Origin: a virus
Taxonomy: Duplodnaviria; Heunggongvirae; Uroviricota; Caudoviricetes
Virus record (IMG/VR): IMGVR_UViG_3300042563_002362
Strand: one strand, 5' to 3'
DNA: 43,978 bases
Both the position numbers and the translations under genes were made by a program. The notes below the pieces were generated by a model, which was not told the origin of the DNA, searched no databases, and saw only the letters and a list, made by a program, of their open reading frames with translations. Positions 17,758 to 27,332 of the stretch are shown here, one piece after another; position 1 is the stretch's first letter, and each line of letters opens with the position of its first letter.

Positions 17758-19519
17758 CGTTTCAATCGAATCACTTATATTAAATAATCTTGTCAATAGC
17801 GAACCATACACGCGTAAGGCAATGCCTCACATTAAGCCTGAATACTTCACGGGCTCACAACGCGTAATTTATGAGCTGATTCTCGACTTCATCAGTAAGT
17901 ACAATAAGCTGCCAAACTCTAGCGTACTTGACATTGAATTCCAAAAAAGTAATGCTGCCGTCCGTCCAGACCGACATGAGATTCTTCAGGCTATTCATGA
18001 TTTTGCTACACCTCAGCCAGCCGAACATGATTGGCTTGTAGATAGCACCGAAAAGTGGTGTAAGGATCGCGCCGTTCATTTGGCTGTTATGGAAGCCATC
18101 TCGATCATTGATGGTAAAAGCGCCGATAAAGCCGAAGGAGCAATTCCAGAGATTTTGAACAAGGCGTTGAGCGTTACGTTTGACACAAACGTAGGTCACG
18201 ATTACCTTGAGAACGCAGATCGTCGATTTGATTTTTATCATCACGTTGAAGATAAGATCGAGTTTGACCTTGATATGTTCAACCAAATTACCAATGGTGG
18301 TGTACCTCGCAAGACTCTGAATATCATCTTAGCTGGGTGTGTTCACCCTGATACTAAAATTGTTGTGAGGATAACTTCGCTTGCGGTTGAAAAAGAAATT
18401 AAAATCGGTGAAGTGAAAGCTTTACTCGAAAACGGTTATACACTTGAAGTTTCATCTCCTGATGGTTGGGTTAAGATATCGGATTTTATCGACAAAGGTC
18501 AATGGGATGAATACTCATTCAGTTGTAATGATAAGAATATTTCATGCAATGAAAATCATCTTTTCCAATCAACGTTAGGGTGGATGAGTGCGAAGGATAT
18601 ATTTAATGCTCAAGAAGTTACTTTATCAAAATTGCACTTTTTCTGTGATACTGGGCGATATGAACCTGGCACAGTCATAAAAACCGGAAAGAAGATTCCA
18701 ATTGTTGATATTCACGTTGAGCATAATAACAACCGATACTACACAAATGGAATCTCCTCGCATAATACAGGCGTTGGTAAGAGTTTGGGTATGTGTCACC
18801 TTGCAGCGGCAGATCTTTCCATGGGGCGCGATGTTCTTTACATTACGATGGAAATGGCAGAAGAACGTATTGCTGAACGTATTGATGCTAACCTGCTTGA
18901 CGTTCGTATTGATGAACTGAAGAACCTGTCACAAGCCACGTTCTCCTCCAAGATTAAGAACTTGTCAGACCGAACAAAAGGTAAGATTGTCATTAAGGAA
19001 TATCCAACTGCAAGCGCGCATGTCGGTCACTTCCGTGCATTGCTACATGAACTTAAACTGAAAAAGAAGTTCACGCCTGACGTCATCTACATCGACTATC
19101 TTAACATTTGCGCCAGCAGTCGTATCAAAGGTCTAAGCGGAAGTGTCAATACTTACAGTTTAATCAAGGCAATTGCTGAAGAACTGCGTGGTCTCGCTGT
19201 TGAATTTAATGTTCCGATTTGGAGTGCAACACAAACAAATCGCAATGGATATTGTTTAGATCCTTTAACTATTGTTGAAACGGAATATGGTAATAAACGC
19301 TTAAATGAAATTGTGGTTGGTGATTGTATAAAAAGCAATACTGGCTTTAATGAGGTGGTTACAGTGTTTCCTAAAACAAAAAAGAAAGCATATCGTATTA
19401 CGACTTCTTCAGGAAAGACTATTATTTGTAGCGCCGATCATAAATTCCCAGTCAATGATATTGATAAGTCAATTAACTCTGGATTAAAAATTGGAGATTC
19501 TTTAGTGACGTTGAACTAA
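17750..19519 (+). CDS. gp41: gp41 replicative helicase N-terminal part (cis mini-intein + N-half of split intein)
   Basis: TEKWCKDRA, FDTNVGHDY, ILAG/TGVGKS Walker A split by the intein, ITMEMAEE, KEYPT, IDYLNICAS, SATQTNR. Confidence 0.95.
   Translation: MTDVSIESLILNNLVNSEPYTRKAMPHIKPEYFTGSQRVIYELILDFISKYNKLPNSSVLDIEFQKSNAAVRPDRHEILQAIHDFATPQPAEHDWLVDSTEKWCKDRAVHLAVMEAISIIDGKSADKAEGAIPEILNKALSVTFDTNVGHDYLENADRRFDFYHHVEDKIEFDLDMFNQITNGGVPRKTLNIILAGCVHPDTKIVVRITSLAVEKEIKIGEVKALLENGYTLEVSSPDGWVKISDFIDKGQWDEYSFSCNDKNISCNENHLFQSTLGWMSAKDIFNAQEVTLSKLHFFCDTGRYEPGTVIKTGKKIPIVDIHVEHNNNRYYTNGISSHNTGVGKSLGMCHLAAADLSMGRDVLYITMEMAEERIAERIDANLLDVRIDELKNLSQATFSSKIKNLSDRTKGKIVIKEYPTASAHVGHFRALLHELKLKKKFTPDVIYIDYLNICASSRIKGLSGSVNTYSLIKAIAEELRGLAVEFNVPIWSATQTNRNGYCLDPLTIVETEYGNKRLNEIVVGDCIKSNTGFNEVVTVFPKTKKKAYRITTSSGKTIICSADHKFPVNDIDKSINSGLKIGDSLVTLN
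18338..18766 (+). mobile_element. Cis mini-intein (143 aa) in the gp41 Walker A
   Basis: Starts CVHPDT, block B CNENH, ends YYTNGISSHN before Thr+1; removal restores AGTGVGKS; no endonuclease domain. Confidence 0.92.
19253..19516 (+). mobile_element. Split intein N-fragment (88 aa, gp41-1-like)
   Basis: NGY|CLDPLT..SNTGFNEVVTVFPKTKKKAY..GKTIICSADHKFP..SGLK then stop. Confidence 0.93.
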
Positions 19520-19526
19520 CACATAT

Positions 19527-19534
19527 TATAAATA
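19527..19534 (+). promoter_or_regulatory. T4-type late promoter TATAAATA
   Basis: Exact consensus, 5 nt before the HNH gene ATG. Confidence 0.75.
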
Positions 19535-19539
19535 GTTAT

Positions 19540-20217
19540 ATGCCAAATAACTATAGAAAAATCTGGGAAGAACATAATCATCAAAAAATTCCAGAAGGAT
19601 ATCACATACATCATATAGACGGAAATCATGATAATAATGATCCATTGAATTTAGAATGCTTAAGAGCTGAGGACCACTGGCAAAGACATTATGAACAGGG
19701 AGATATTGTCGCAATAAACGGCAAATTTATTCAAGGTGCAAGTGAAGCGGGAAAAAAGGGTGGGGCAGCTGGTAAAGGGAAAACTAAAGATCATAGTAAT
19801 GGAAAACTATCCAAAAGTTTAAAGGAATCATACATTAAAAGAGGCGGAAGTCCTCTTAAAGGACGCGTTTTGTCGGATGAACATATTAAAAACATTACAT
19901 TAGCGGTCCAAGGCGAAAATAATCCAATGTTTGGTAAGAAGCACTCAGAAGAATCAATATCACTAATCCGAATAAATAGAGGTTCTCTTGAAGGCGAAAA
20001 TAATCCAATGTTTGGTAAAACGCAATCAGATGAAACTAAACAAAAAATATCAGATAAAGCAAAAGGGAGAAAATCGAAGATGAAAGGGCGGATTAACGAA
20101 ACAACCCGATCAAGAAAATACAAATGGTATAATGATGGGGTAACTTCATTTTTTATGCCAGAAGGAACGCAGCCCGAAAATTATAAACTAGGAAGAATTA
20201 AAACATGGAAGAATTGA
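19540..20217 (+). CDS. Free-standing HNH homing endonuclease with NUMOD3 repeats
   Basis: HIHHIDGNHDNNDPLNL..L...H; GENNPMFGK x2; KWYNDG; AT-rich; lies between the intein halves. Confidence 0.92.
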   Translation: MPNNYRKIWEEHNHQKIPEGYHIHHIDGNHDNNDPLNLECLRAEDHWQRHYEQGDIVAINGKFIQGASEAGKKGGAAGKGKTKDHSNGKLSKSLKESYIKRGGSPLKGRVLSDEHIKNITLAVQGENNPMFGKKHSEESISLIRINRGSLEGENNPMFGKTQSDETKQKISDKAKGRKSKMKGRINETTRSRKYKWYNDGVTSFFMPEGTQPENYKLGRIKTWKN

Positions 20218-20315
20218 TTACAAACATAGAAGAATTAGATTATGATATTGAAATGATTGATATTGAAGTAAATGGTAACCATTTATTTTTTGCTAATAAT
20301 ATACTTACACATAAT
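20205..20315 (+). mobile_element. Split intein C-fragment (37 aa)
   Basis: IDIEVNGNHLFFANNILTHN followed by Ser+1. Confidence 0.93.
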
Positions 20316-20651
20316 TCAAATAGCGATGTTGAACTTACTGATACATCTGAAAGCTTTGGTTTGCCTGCAACAGCAGACTTGATGATTGCATTCATCAGTA
20401 CTGAGCAACTTGAAAAGATGAATCAGTTAATGATCAAACAGCTTAAGAATCGTTACAATGATGCCAATAACAACAAGCGATTTACGGTGGGTATTGATCG
20501 CGCTAAGATGAGGCTGTATGATGTTGCAGATCCAACCGCGAATATCATGAGCAATGACTCTTCTTCGGCTGCTCCAGTCGCGAATACGCCGTTTAGTCGA
20601 GGTGGTAATAACAATCAACGTGGTAAAACCTTTAGTGACTTTAAAGTATAA
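20205..20651 (+). CDS. gp41: gp41 helicase C-terminal part preceded by split intein C-fragment
   Basis: Extein SNSDVELTDTSESFGLPATAD..KQLKNRY..F.VGIDRAKMRLYD. Confidence 0.95.
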   Translation: MEELITNIEELDYDIEMIDIEVNGNHLFFANNILTHNSNSDVELTDTSESFGLPATADLMIAFISTEQLEKMNQLMIKQLKNRYNDANNNKRFTVGIDRAKMRLYDVADPTANIMSNDSSSAAPVANTPFSRGGNNNQRGKTFSDFKV

Positions 20652-20654
20652 ATA
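20647..20654 (+). promoter_or_regulatory. T4-type late promoter TATAAATA
   Basis: Exact consensus, 6 nt before ATG 20661. Confidence 0.78.
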
Positions 20655-20660
20655 GACTAT

Positions 20661-22211
20661 ATGTCTACAACACTTAGCTTCAAAGGATACCTAGCCGAGG
20701 CGATTTCCTCGTCCTCCGCTGATAAGGCCGCTTTCCTTATTGCTAAATACCTCAAGAAAAAGACGGGATATACTTTCTTTCGTTATCCAGGACTTGAGGC
20801 ATTTAGAAATACAAAGGGAAAAGGATTTGGTTTGCGTTTTTACACTAGTAAGAAGAATCGCTCTATTCGTTTCAACTGGATCAGTTCCACTGCCGTTGGC
20901 ATGATTGGTCTAAATAGCATCGACTATTGGGACGGTATCTCCAATACACCTTACCGCATCGAATTTGATACCGAAGTTTCTCTAGTTAAGACACTGCCAA
21001 TCATCGCATCCATCTTATCAAATACCAAACCTGAACTTGGTTCGTTCTACACTCTACCAGATGGCATTCCATTGGAAGAAGCCGGTGTTGTATCAGAATC
21101 CTCGATGATTCTTGAGGCAAAAGGTGGCGTTAGCGTTGAGGATATGCTTGATGGTATTCTTGACATGGTTACATTACCAAACTTCTCAAAAGGTAAAGTA
21201 TATAGCGCATACAAAGGCGCTGGCATGAAGATCTTTGATCAACTTGAAATGATGTACCCTTCATTGATTGTCAAGAGCGGTACAAAGTACAGCTGGAGCG
21301 GCGCACCGAAGGATCTGCAAAAGATCAAGAAGGACAAGTCCAAATTGCTTTCCGCAATTGGTAGCGTTGAAGCAAAGGTCACCAAAGGTGCGTCCAATGA
21401 AACATATGAGCCTACAGGTAACATTGCCGACATTGAAAACAATCGTGAGCGTCTTTCGTTTGAAAAGCAGTTGCTTGACCTTGAAAACTTGCTTAAGCTA
21501 ACAATCAATGGTTCTGCAAACGCAATCTTCGTTTCAGGTAAAGGTGGTGTTGGTAAGACACACACAACCGAAAAGATTCTTGCAAGCATGGGTCTGCGCG
21601 ACGGTAACGGTTACTTCAAGAACACTGGTTCTGCATCAGCAGCTGGTATGTACTCGTTGTTGTTCCGTTATAAGAACAGCATTATCTTCTTCGATGACTC
21701 TGACGATGCTCTTAAAGATCAAGAAAGCCGTAACTTGCTTAAGGCTGCAACTGATACCAAGAAGATTCGTAAGCTTGTTTGGAACAAGATGGGCAAGAAC
21801 GTTGTTGATAACGAAGATATGACCGACGAAGAAATCCTTGACCAAGGGTTGATTCCACGTTTCTTCGAATTTACTGGTAAGGTAATCTTTATCTCTAACC
21901 TCGATCTTGACAAGTTGGATCCAGACGGCGCACTACGCACTCGCGCATTCATTGTAAACATCGACCCAACTGAAATGGAAATCTATGACTTCATGGAAAA
22001 GATCGTTGGCGATATTGAACTTGAAGATGGTTTAAGTCTTGATCTTAAAGCACGTAAGCACGTTGTTGATCTACTACGCAAAGGTAAGAGCAAGCAAAGC
22101 GCTAACCTTCGTAAGCTATCACGTGGACTATCCATGGCAGCAGGAGCAATTGCCGCAGGCGTTGAAGTTAGTGATAGTGACCTACAACGCATGATTGAAA
22201 CATACGCATAA
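20661..22211 (+). CDS. AAA+ ATPase with capsid-targeting-like N-terminus
   Basis: GKGGVGKT Walker A, IIFFDDSD Walker B, IFISN sensor, ALRTR Arg finger; leader LSFKGYLAE. Confidence 0.85.
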   Translation: MSTTLSFKGYLAEAISSSSADKAAFLIAKYLKKKTGYTFFRYPGLEAFRNTKGKGFGLRFYTSKKNRSIRFNWISSTAVGMIGLNSIDYWDGISNTPYRIEFDTEVSLVKTLPIIASILSNTKPELGSFYTLPDGIPLEEAGVVSESSMILEAKGGVSVEDMLDGILDMVTLPNFSKGKVYSAYKGAGMKIFDQLEMMYPSLIVKSGTKYSWSGAPKDLQKIKKDKSKLLSAIGSVEAKVTKGASNETYEPTGNIADIENNRERLSFEKQLLDLENLLKLTINGSANAIFVSGKGGVGKTHTTEKILASMGLRDGNGYFKNTGSASAAGMYSLLFRYKNSIIFFDDSDDALKDQESRNLLKAATDTKKIRKLVWNKMGKNVVDNEDMTDEEILDQGLIPRFFEFTGKVIFISNLDLDKLDPDGALRTRAFIVNIDPTEMEIYDFMEKIVGDIELEDGLSLDLKARKHVVDLLRKGKSKQSANLRKLSRGLSMAAGAIAAGVEVSDSDLQRMIETYA

Positions 22212-22212
22212 G

Positions 22213-22476
22213 ATGAATAAATCTCTACTAGAAGCAGCCGCCGCCAGTCTAGACAATATTTGCGAAGATGAATCGTTTCAACGTTTACCAGGACACGTTG
22301 TTAAAAATGAATTGTACATGCTGAAAAAGAAATTTGATATGATGTACGACGCATTAAAGAGCGGAGCCGATTATGATGATAAGCGTTTTACTTCTATCAT
22401 CAAATCTTTGCAGGATATTCGTAAAGAGGCGAAGTCGTTTAAAGCAGGAGACGCTGTGCCTATTAGCTATAAGTAA
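22213..22476 (+). CDS. Hypothetical (putative internal virion) protein
   Basis: 87-aa ORF starting MNKSLLE. Confidence 0.65.
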   Translation: MNKSLLEAAAASLDNICEDESFQRLPGHVVKNELYMLKKKFDMMYDALKSGADYDDKRFTSIIKSLQDIRKEAKSFKAGDAVPISYK

Positions 22477-22907
22477 TGAAACTCATAAAAGTATACGGCT
22501 GCTCAAAAAGCCCCGCTCGTAAGGACCTAGTCCGCCGAGCAGCCGTATACTTTCTTAATGTTTTACTTCCACGTAAACGCAAGATTGAAATTGGTATTCG
22601 TGTTGAGGAAAATCTCATTAAGAATCATAGCATGTATGGATGTTGCTACCATATAACCAAGTCTCCATCAAAATATAAGATTCTTCTTGATAACAGTATG
22701 TCAGATGAAATGCTTATAGGTACTCTCGCACATGAGTTTGTGCACGTGCGTCAATTTGACAATAATGAATTGGTTTTTATGAATAACCGTAGTCGCTGGC
22801 ATGACAAATACTATTCAGATGATGAATTTGCTGTAACCGAGGAGCCGTGGGAAGTTGAACCACGTGAACGTGAATCGGTCCTAGCCGCAGATTTCTTTGC
22901 ACAATAA
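22476..22907 (+). CDS. Zincin metallopeptidase-like protein
   Basis: TLAHEFVHVRQ (HExxH) and EPWEVE third ligand. Confidence 0.85.
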   Translation: MKLIKVYGCSKSPARKDLVRRAAVYFLNVLLPRKRKIEIGIRVEENLIKNHSMYGCCYHITKSPSKYKILLDNSMSDEMLIGTLAHEFVHVRQFDNNELVFMNNRSRWHDKYYSDDEFAVTEEPWEVEPRERESVLAADFFAQ

Positions 22908-22915
22908 ATACCATA

Positions 22916-23815
22916 ATGAATGGCACTGACATCGCAAACCTGCTTAAAAAGCTAAAAGGTGTCACCGTGAAGTCATCAACTTCAACCTCAATTGTACTAT
23001 TAGTAAATGGTAATCGTATTGAGGAAATGCACAGAGTTGCAAAATTTTTATCCACTCTTAATGCTGTTGTCGATTCTAATTTAAAAGGATCAAGCATTGG
23101 CGGAATTAAGGTTGGGAACGTCAAGATCCTAATCAAAGGCGCTGGGCGCACTGGCGGCCTTGACGTTGAATCGGCTGCAATCAGCGCTTTAGAATCCGCA
23201 GTGTTTGCGGCGGTTGCAGAAGCCGGAGGCCCTATTAAAATTAAATTAGGCGATGGCAAAATTATTCAAAAGGTATCACGTGTCCTAAAAACAGCAGGAA
23301 CACCAAAAAGTGATTTTAACTTAGCTGATGATTCAGGTAAGCCATTAATCCACATCAGCCATAAGAAAGGTAAATCACCAAAGGATTTCCAACAATGGGG
23401 AGGATTAACAGAAGAACGAATTAAAAACCATAAAGAAACAAAGTCATTTATATTAAAATGTCAGGCTCTTTATGGAGATAAGATTCCTCCAAGTGAATCT
23501 GCATACGCTGTCATAAAAAGCAAAGATCTTAAAATGATGTCGGTATTTGGCGTTAATTTTGACAAAGGTTCAATTGACGAAAACCGAGTAGATGTTCTTA
23601 TACAAGGAGATCCTGGTTTAAAGAAAATTTCAAAAGGAATATATGCGTTAACTGCCACCGGGCATATTCATTACCACGGTGAAGTTCCAGATGCTGGATT
23701 TACTCCAGTGTTAGCCGTAATATATAAAGGAGACCGAGATCAATTTGATATTAAAGGTGCTCGTTTTTCGATTTACCCTAAAGATGGTCGTTCATTCAAA
23801 ACACACATACCATGA
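22916..23815 (+). CDS. PD-(D/E)xK restriction-endonuclease-like protein
   Basis: E..AI helix, TPKSDF, ISHKK, FQQWGG; late-like AATAAATA at 22903-10. Confidence 0.55.
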   Translation: MNGTDIANLLKKLKGVTVKSSTSTSIVLLVNGNRIEEMHRVAKFLSTLNAVVDSNLKGSSIGGIKVGNVKILIKGAGRTGGLDVESAAISALESAVFAAVAEAGGPIKIKLGDGKIIQKVSRVLKTAGTPKSDFNLADDSGKPLIHISHKKGKSPKDFQQWGGLTEERIKNHKETKSFILKCQALYGDKIPPSESAYAVIKSKDLKMMSVFGVNFDKGSIDENRVDVLIQGDPGLKKISKGIYALTATGHIHYHGEVPDAGFTPVLAVIYKGDRDQFDIKGARFSIYPKDGRSFKTHIP

Positions 23816-25113
23816 AATCATTTAGAACATTTTTAACCGAAGGAGCAAATCTTGCTCCAGCGGAACTTTACAAGTACGATTGGCGTATTGAATTGTTTAT
23901 TGACAAACTTAAAAGTGGTCTCCCGTTGACTCTTGTAAAAGGCGGTGAGATTTCATTACACTATGATGCTGACGCTGAGAGCCGTCTACGCGCTAAAAAA
24001 GATCCAGGTAAGATTCCTTTCCGAGGTTATGACAACGCTGTTTATTACCTAAAGGACTTTGCGAAGTCAAAAGAATTTGGAGGAGGCGGTGGTTCTGGTG
24101 CTGGAGCCGATGTTACACAGTTAACCGAAAGTGCTCAGGCAGTTTATGCAGCTGCAAAATGGAACGGTGCTAAGACATACAATACTGAGGAATTGGCAAA
24201 AGGTTATGCACACTCCGATGTAGACGATGACATTAATCGTATCTTAAATGATCTTCCGAAAGAATGGCGAGAATCATGTATCCTTGGTGCTGAAGAATTA
24301 TACAAGCTGTTACGCGGTAAAGCATATACATTCCATCGTGGCAGTGCATGGGTAAATAAACTTGAAAAGCATTTCAAGACTCTTAATTCTAAAGAAAAGG
24401 CATTCTCTAACTTGAATAAGTGGAGCCCTGCCGATATTTACTTGGTGTCGCCTGTAGGTAAAACTATTCATTTTGAAAATGCTCAAAGTATTGCTGAACT
24501 AAACAGCATGCTAACTGAAGCTCTAAAGAACAAAGATGTAATTGGTGTATCGCTCAAGCTGTTGAAAAAGAATGCTCATATTTCATACTACAACTTTGAT
24601 TCCAAGAAGAAGGTCATCGAGTTTGATCGTTTCACTACAGGTAACAAAGGATTCTTTGGAGGTAAGGACGTCTATATGTACTTTACGTTAGACGGTAAGA
24701 TTCAGTTCCGTACATTCCCTGAAACATTTCAAGGAGAAATTAAAGGTAAGAATGCTAACCAAGGTAAACTGAGTTATGGTCCAATCCAAACAATTCTCCG
24801 TCATCTAAAATTACCACAGCTGATTGACATCAAAAAGCTACGTGCTGGATTACAAAAGAATGATCCTTCTCTGCTTAAGGAGTTTTACACAAACTATACA
24901 CGTTATGCAAAGGATACCGAAAAGCTTTCATATGACGAGTTTGTCGAAAAGATAGCAGATCAAGGAGTTTCTTGGGCATTTAGTAAATTCCTTGGTTGTG
25001 AACTCATTGACATAATTTCAAAAAGCTCGCAAGAAGACGAGTTTATTACTGCGTGTATCAGCTATGCAAGTAGCAGCAGTGATCTTAGCGCACCATTCAT
25101 TAAAGTAGAATAA
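23812..25113 (+). CDS. Capsid-targeted PD-(D/E)xK-like protein
   Basis: Leader MKSFRTFLTE; T..TES, NKWSPADIY, IGVSLK motifs. Confidence 0.55.
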   Translation: MKSFRTFLTEGANLAPAELYKYDWRIELFIDKLKSGLPLTLVKGGEISLHYDADAESRLRAKKDPGKIPFRGYDNAVYYLKDFAKSKEFGGGGGSGAGADVTQLTESAQAVYAAAKWNGAKTYNTEELAKGYAHSDVDDDINRILNDLPKEWRESCILGAEELYKLLRGKAYTFHRGSAWVNKLEKHFKTLNSKEKAFSNLNKWSPADIYLVSPVGKTIHFENAQSIAELNSMLTEALKNKDVIGVSLKLLKKNAHISYYNFDSKKKVIEFDRFTTGNKGFFGGKDVYMYFTLDGKIQFRTFPETFQGEIKGKNANQGKLSYGPIQTILRHLKLPQLIDIKKLRAGLQKNDPSLLKEFYTNYTRYAKDTEKLSYDEFVEKIADQGVSWAFSKFLGCELIDIISKSSQEDEFITACISYASSSSDLSAPFIKVE

Positions 25114-25114
25114 C

Positions 25115-26353
25115 ATGAAATCATTTAAGGAATACATTGCTGAAGCTTCAGCTGAAGGTAAGAACCTTCACATGACGCATATCGAAGATCAGGTAATTTA
25201 CGGAGGCGTTAAAGGAGCACGTGAAGCAATCCTTGCGCTACGTAGCCTACGTGATATGCTTGCGGGGAACGCTAAAACTTCAACTGACGTTACGGTAAAA
25301 TGGGACGGTGCACCTGCAGTATTTGCAGGGATTGATCCATCGGATGGTCAGTTCTTCGTTGCTAAGAAAGGTATCTTCAACAAGAACCCAAAGATCTATA
25401 AGAGCGTATCTGACGTTCGCGCCGATACATCTGGAGACCTTGCTGATAAACTATCCATTGCTTTTAACGAATTGCAGAAGCTTGGGATTAAAGGAGTACT
25501 TCAAGGCGACATCATGTTTACTCAAAAGGATCTTAGCGTTGAAGACTATGATGGCGAAAAGTACATCACGTTCCAACCTAACACAATCGTTTATGCAGTT
25601 CCAGCTGATAGCGATGTTGCAAAGAGTATCAAGAAAGCTAAGATTGGTGTAGTATTCCATACACGATACAGCGGAGCTACTCTTGAAACCATGAAAGCTT
25701 CTTATGACTTTGATCAGAGCGAACTTAAAAAGACTCCATCGGTTTGGTTCCAAGACGCAAAGGTTCATGACCTTTCGGGTAAAGCTACCTTTACGGCTGA
25801 AGAAACTGCTGAATTAACCGCAAGACTTTCGGTCGCAGGTAAGATATTCCAGAAGATCAACAGCTCAACACTTAAGGAAATTGAAGACAATCCTGACTTT
25901 GCACAAAGCCTTGAAACATTCAATAACACGTATGTACGTCGAGGCGAGGTTGTTTCTAACACAAAGGCACATGTTGATAATCTAATCAAATGGGCAACCG
26001 ATCGTTTCAATAAAGATATTGAGTCCAAGAAGTCAGAGAAAGGTAAGGAAACAGCATCTGCTAAGCGTGATCAATATATGAAGTTCTTTTCGGATGAAAA
26101 CAAAAAGAACCTTAACTTGGTTTATCAGTTGCAAAACGCGATTATTGATGCAAAGAGACTTATTATAAATAAACTCGATACTCTTAAAAAGTTAAGCACT
26201 TTTGTGCGAACATCAAGTGGATTCCGTGTTACAGGCCAAGAAGGTTTTGTTGCAATCGACCATCTATCAGGTGGAGCAGTGAAATTGGTTGACCGTATGG
26301 AATTCTCTAAGAATAACTTTTCGGCTGACATAATTAAAGGGTGGGATCGCTAA
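25115..26353 (+). CDS. Capsid-targeted ligase-fold nucleotidyltransferase (DUF6267-like)
   Basis: Leader MKSFKEYIAE; motif I VKWDGAP, III QGD, IV EGFV, V VKLV. Confidence 0.7.
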   Translation: MKSFKEYIAEASAEGKNLHMTHIEDQVIYGGVKGAREAILALRSLRDMLAGNAKTSTDVTVKWDGAPAVFAGIDPSDGQFFVAKKGIFNKNPKIYKSVSDVRADTSGDLADKLSIAFNELQKLGIKGVLQGDIMFTQKDLSVEDYDGEKYITFQPNTIVYAVPADSDVAKSIKKAKIGVVFHTRYSGATLETMKASYDFDQSELKKTPSVWFQDAKVHDLSGKATFTAEETAELTARLSVAGKIFQKINSSTLKEIEDNPDFAQSLETFNNTYVRRGEVVSNTKAHVDNLIKWATDRFNKDIESKKSEKGKETASAKRDQYMKFFSDENKKNLNLVYQLQNAIIDAKRLIINKLDTLKKLSTFVRTSSGFRVTGQEGFVAIDHLSGGAVKLVDRMEFSKNNFSADIIKGWDR

Positions 26354-26354
26354 T

Positions 26355-27332
26355 ATGAAACAATCAGATACTACGACTGCAAAGAAAGAACCTAAGAAGA
26401 TTAGATTGAGAGATCTGATTCCAGTTGACTATACCGATGGCTCATGGCCCGAAGACGAACAAGGTGAGTTGACATACGATTATTGGAAGCGTGCTTCAGG
26501 AGTTCTTGATGAAGAAGAGATCGAAGAAAGTGGTTCGTGGATTGATGGTTATATTGACAAGTATACACAAATGGTATACAAGCCTAAAGAAGAAATCTTA
26601 ACACTAACTTGGAGAAATTACGAAAAATTTCCAAAGGATGTTAAGCTTGATAAAGCTTCATGGGAAATACTAAGTAAATCACAAAATCGTCCACGTGCCT
26701 TTAATCAGTTGTGGATGAGCGGAAAGATTAAGGCTATGAAAGAAGAAACCTCTCTCGATGAAGCATATGATACTGAACTCTCTAAGTATCAACTAAATGG
26801 AGAGCTTAATCGCGTTAACGGTCGTATTAAGTTTTTACAATCAGCACATCGTGGTTCCGCTTTACCCGCTGATGTTGCATCTGAACTAAAGAAGCTTCAA
26901 GACCTGCGTGATAGTATTCTCGCAATGCTTAAGGAAGAAGATATCCTCGACGACGTTGATGCAGACACCATAACTGAAGCTCTAAACATGCTGCAACGTA
27001 TGAAGCGTCGTGCTATCATGCGTAGAAACAAATCTAAGATTCTCGCAGGTCGACGTCGCGCTCAACGCCGTCGTGCATCTACATCTGTTCTTCAACAGCG
27101 CGCTATGCGTGCAGCTCGTGCAGCACTTGCTCGTCGACTATTACGTAAAAACAAAGGTGAAGCCAGTTACGGAGAAAAAGTTCGTGTTGAAAAAATGCTC
27201 GCTTCTCGCCGCGGTGCAATTAAAAACATTGCTCGCCGCCTTCTTTCAAAAGTTCGCCAAAAGGAACGTATGCGTTTCCAAAAGCACGCCACTCCGCCAA
27301 AACCAATTCAATCCGTAAAGCCAAATAAGTAA
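26355..27332 (+). CDS. Putative prohead core/internal protein with Arg-rich C-terminal domain
   Basis: Acidic linkers (LDE, IEE, ITE) followed by RMKRRAIMRRNKSK..RRRAQRRR. Confidence 0.6.
   Translation: MKQSDTTTAKKEPKKIRLRDLIPVDYTDGSWPEDEQGELTYDYWKRASGVLDEEEIEESGSWIDGYIDKYTQMVYKPKEEILTLTWRNYEKFPKDVKLDKASWEILSKSQNRPRAFNQLWMSGKIKAMKEETSLDEAYDTELSKYQLNGELNRVNGRIKFLQSAHRGSALPADVASELKKLQDLRDSILAMLKEEDILDDVDADTITEALNMLQRMKRRAIMRRNKSKILAGRRRAQRRRASTSVLQQRAMRAARAALARRLLRKNKGEASYGEKVRVEKMLASRRGAIKNIARRLLSKVRQKERMRFQKHATPPKPIQSVKPNK

Noticed and set aside
19517-20204. Group I intron or pseudogene interrupting gp41
   Set aside because: The flanks carry intact IntN and IntC motifs, and there is no room for intron core structure around the HNH ORF.
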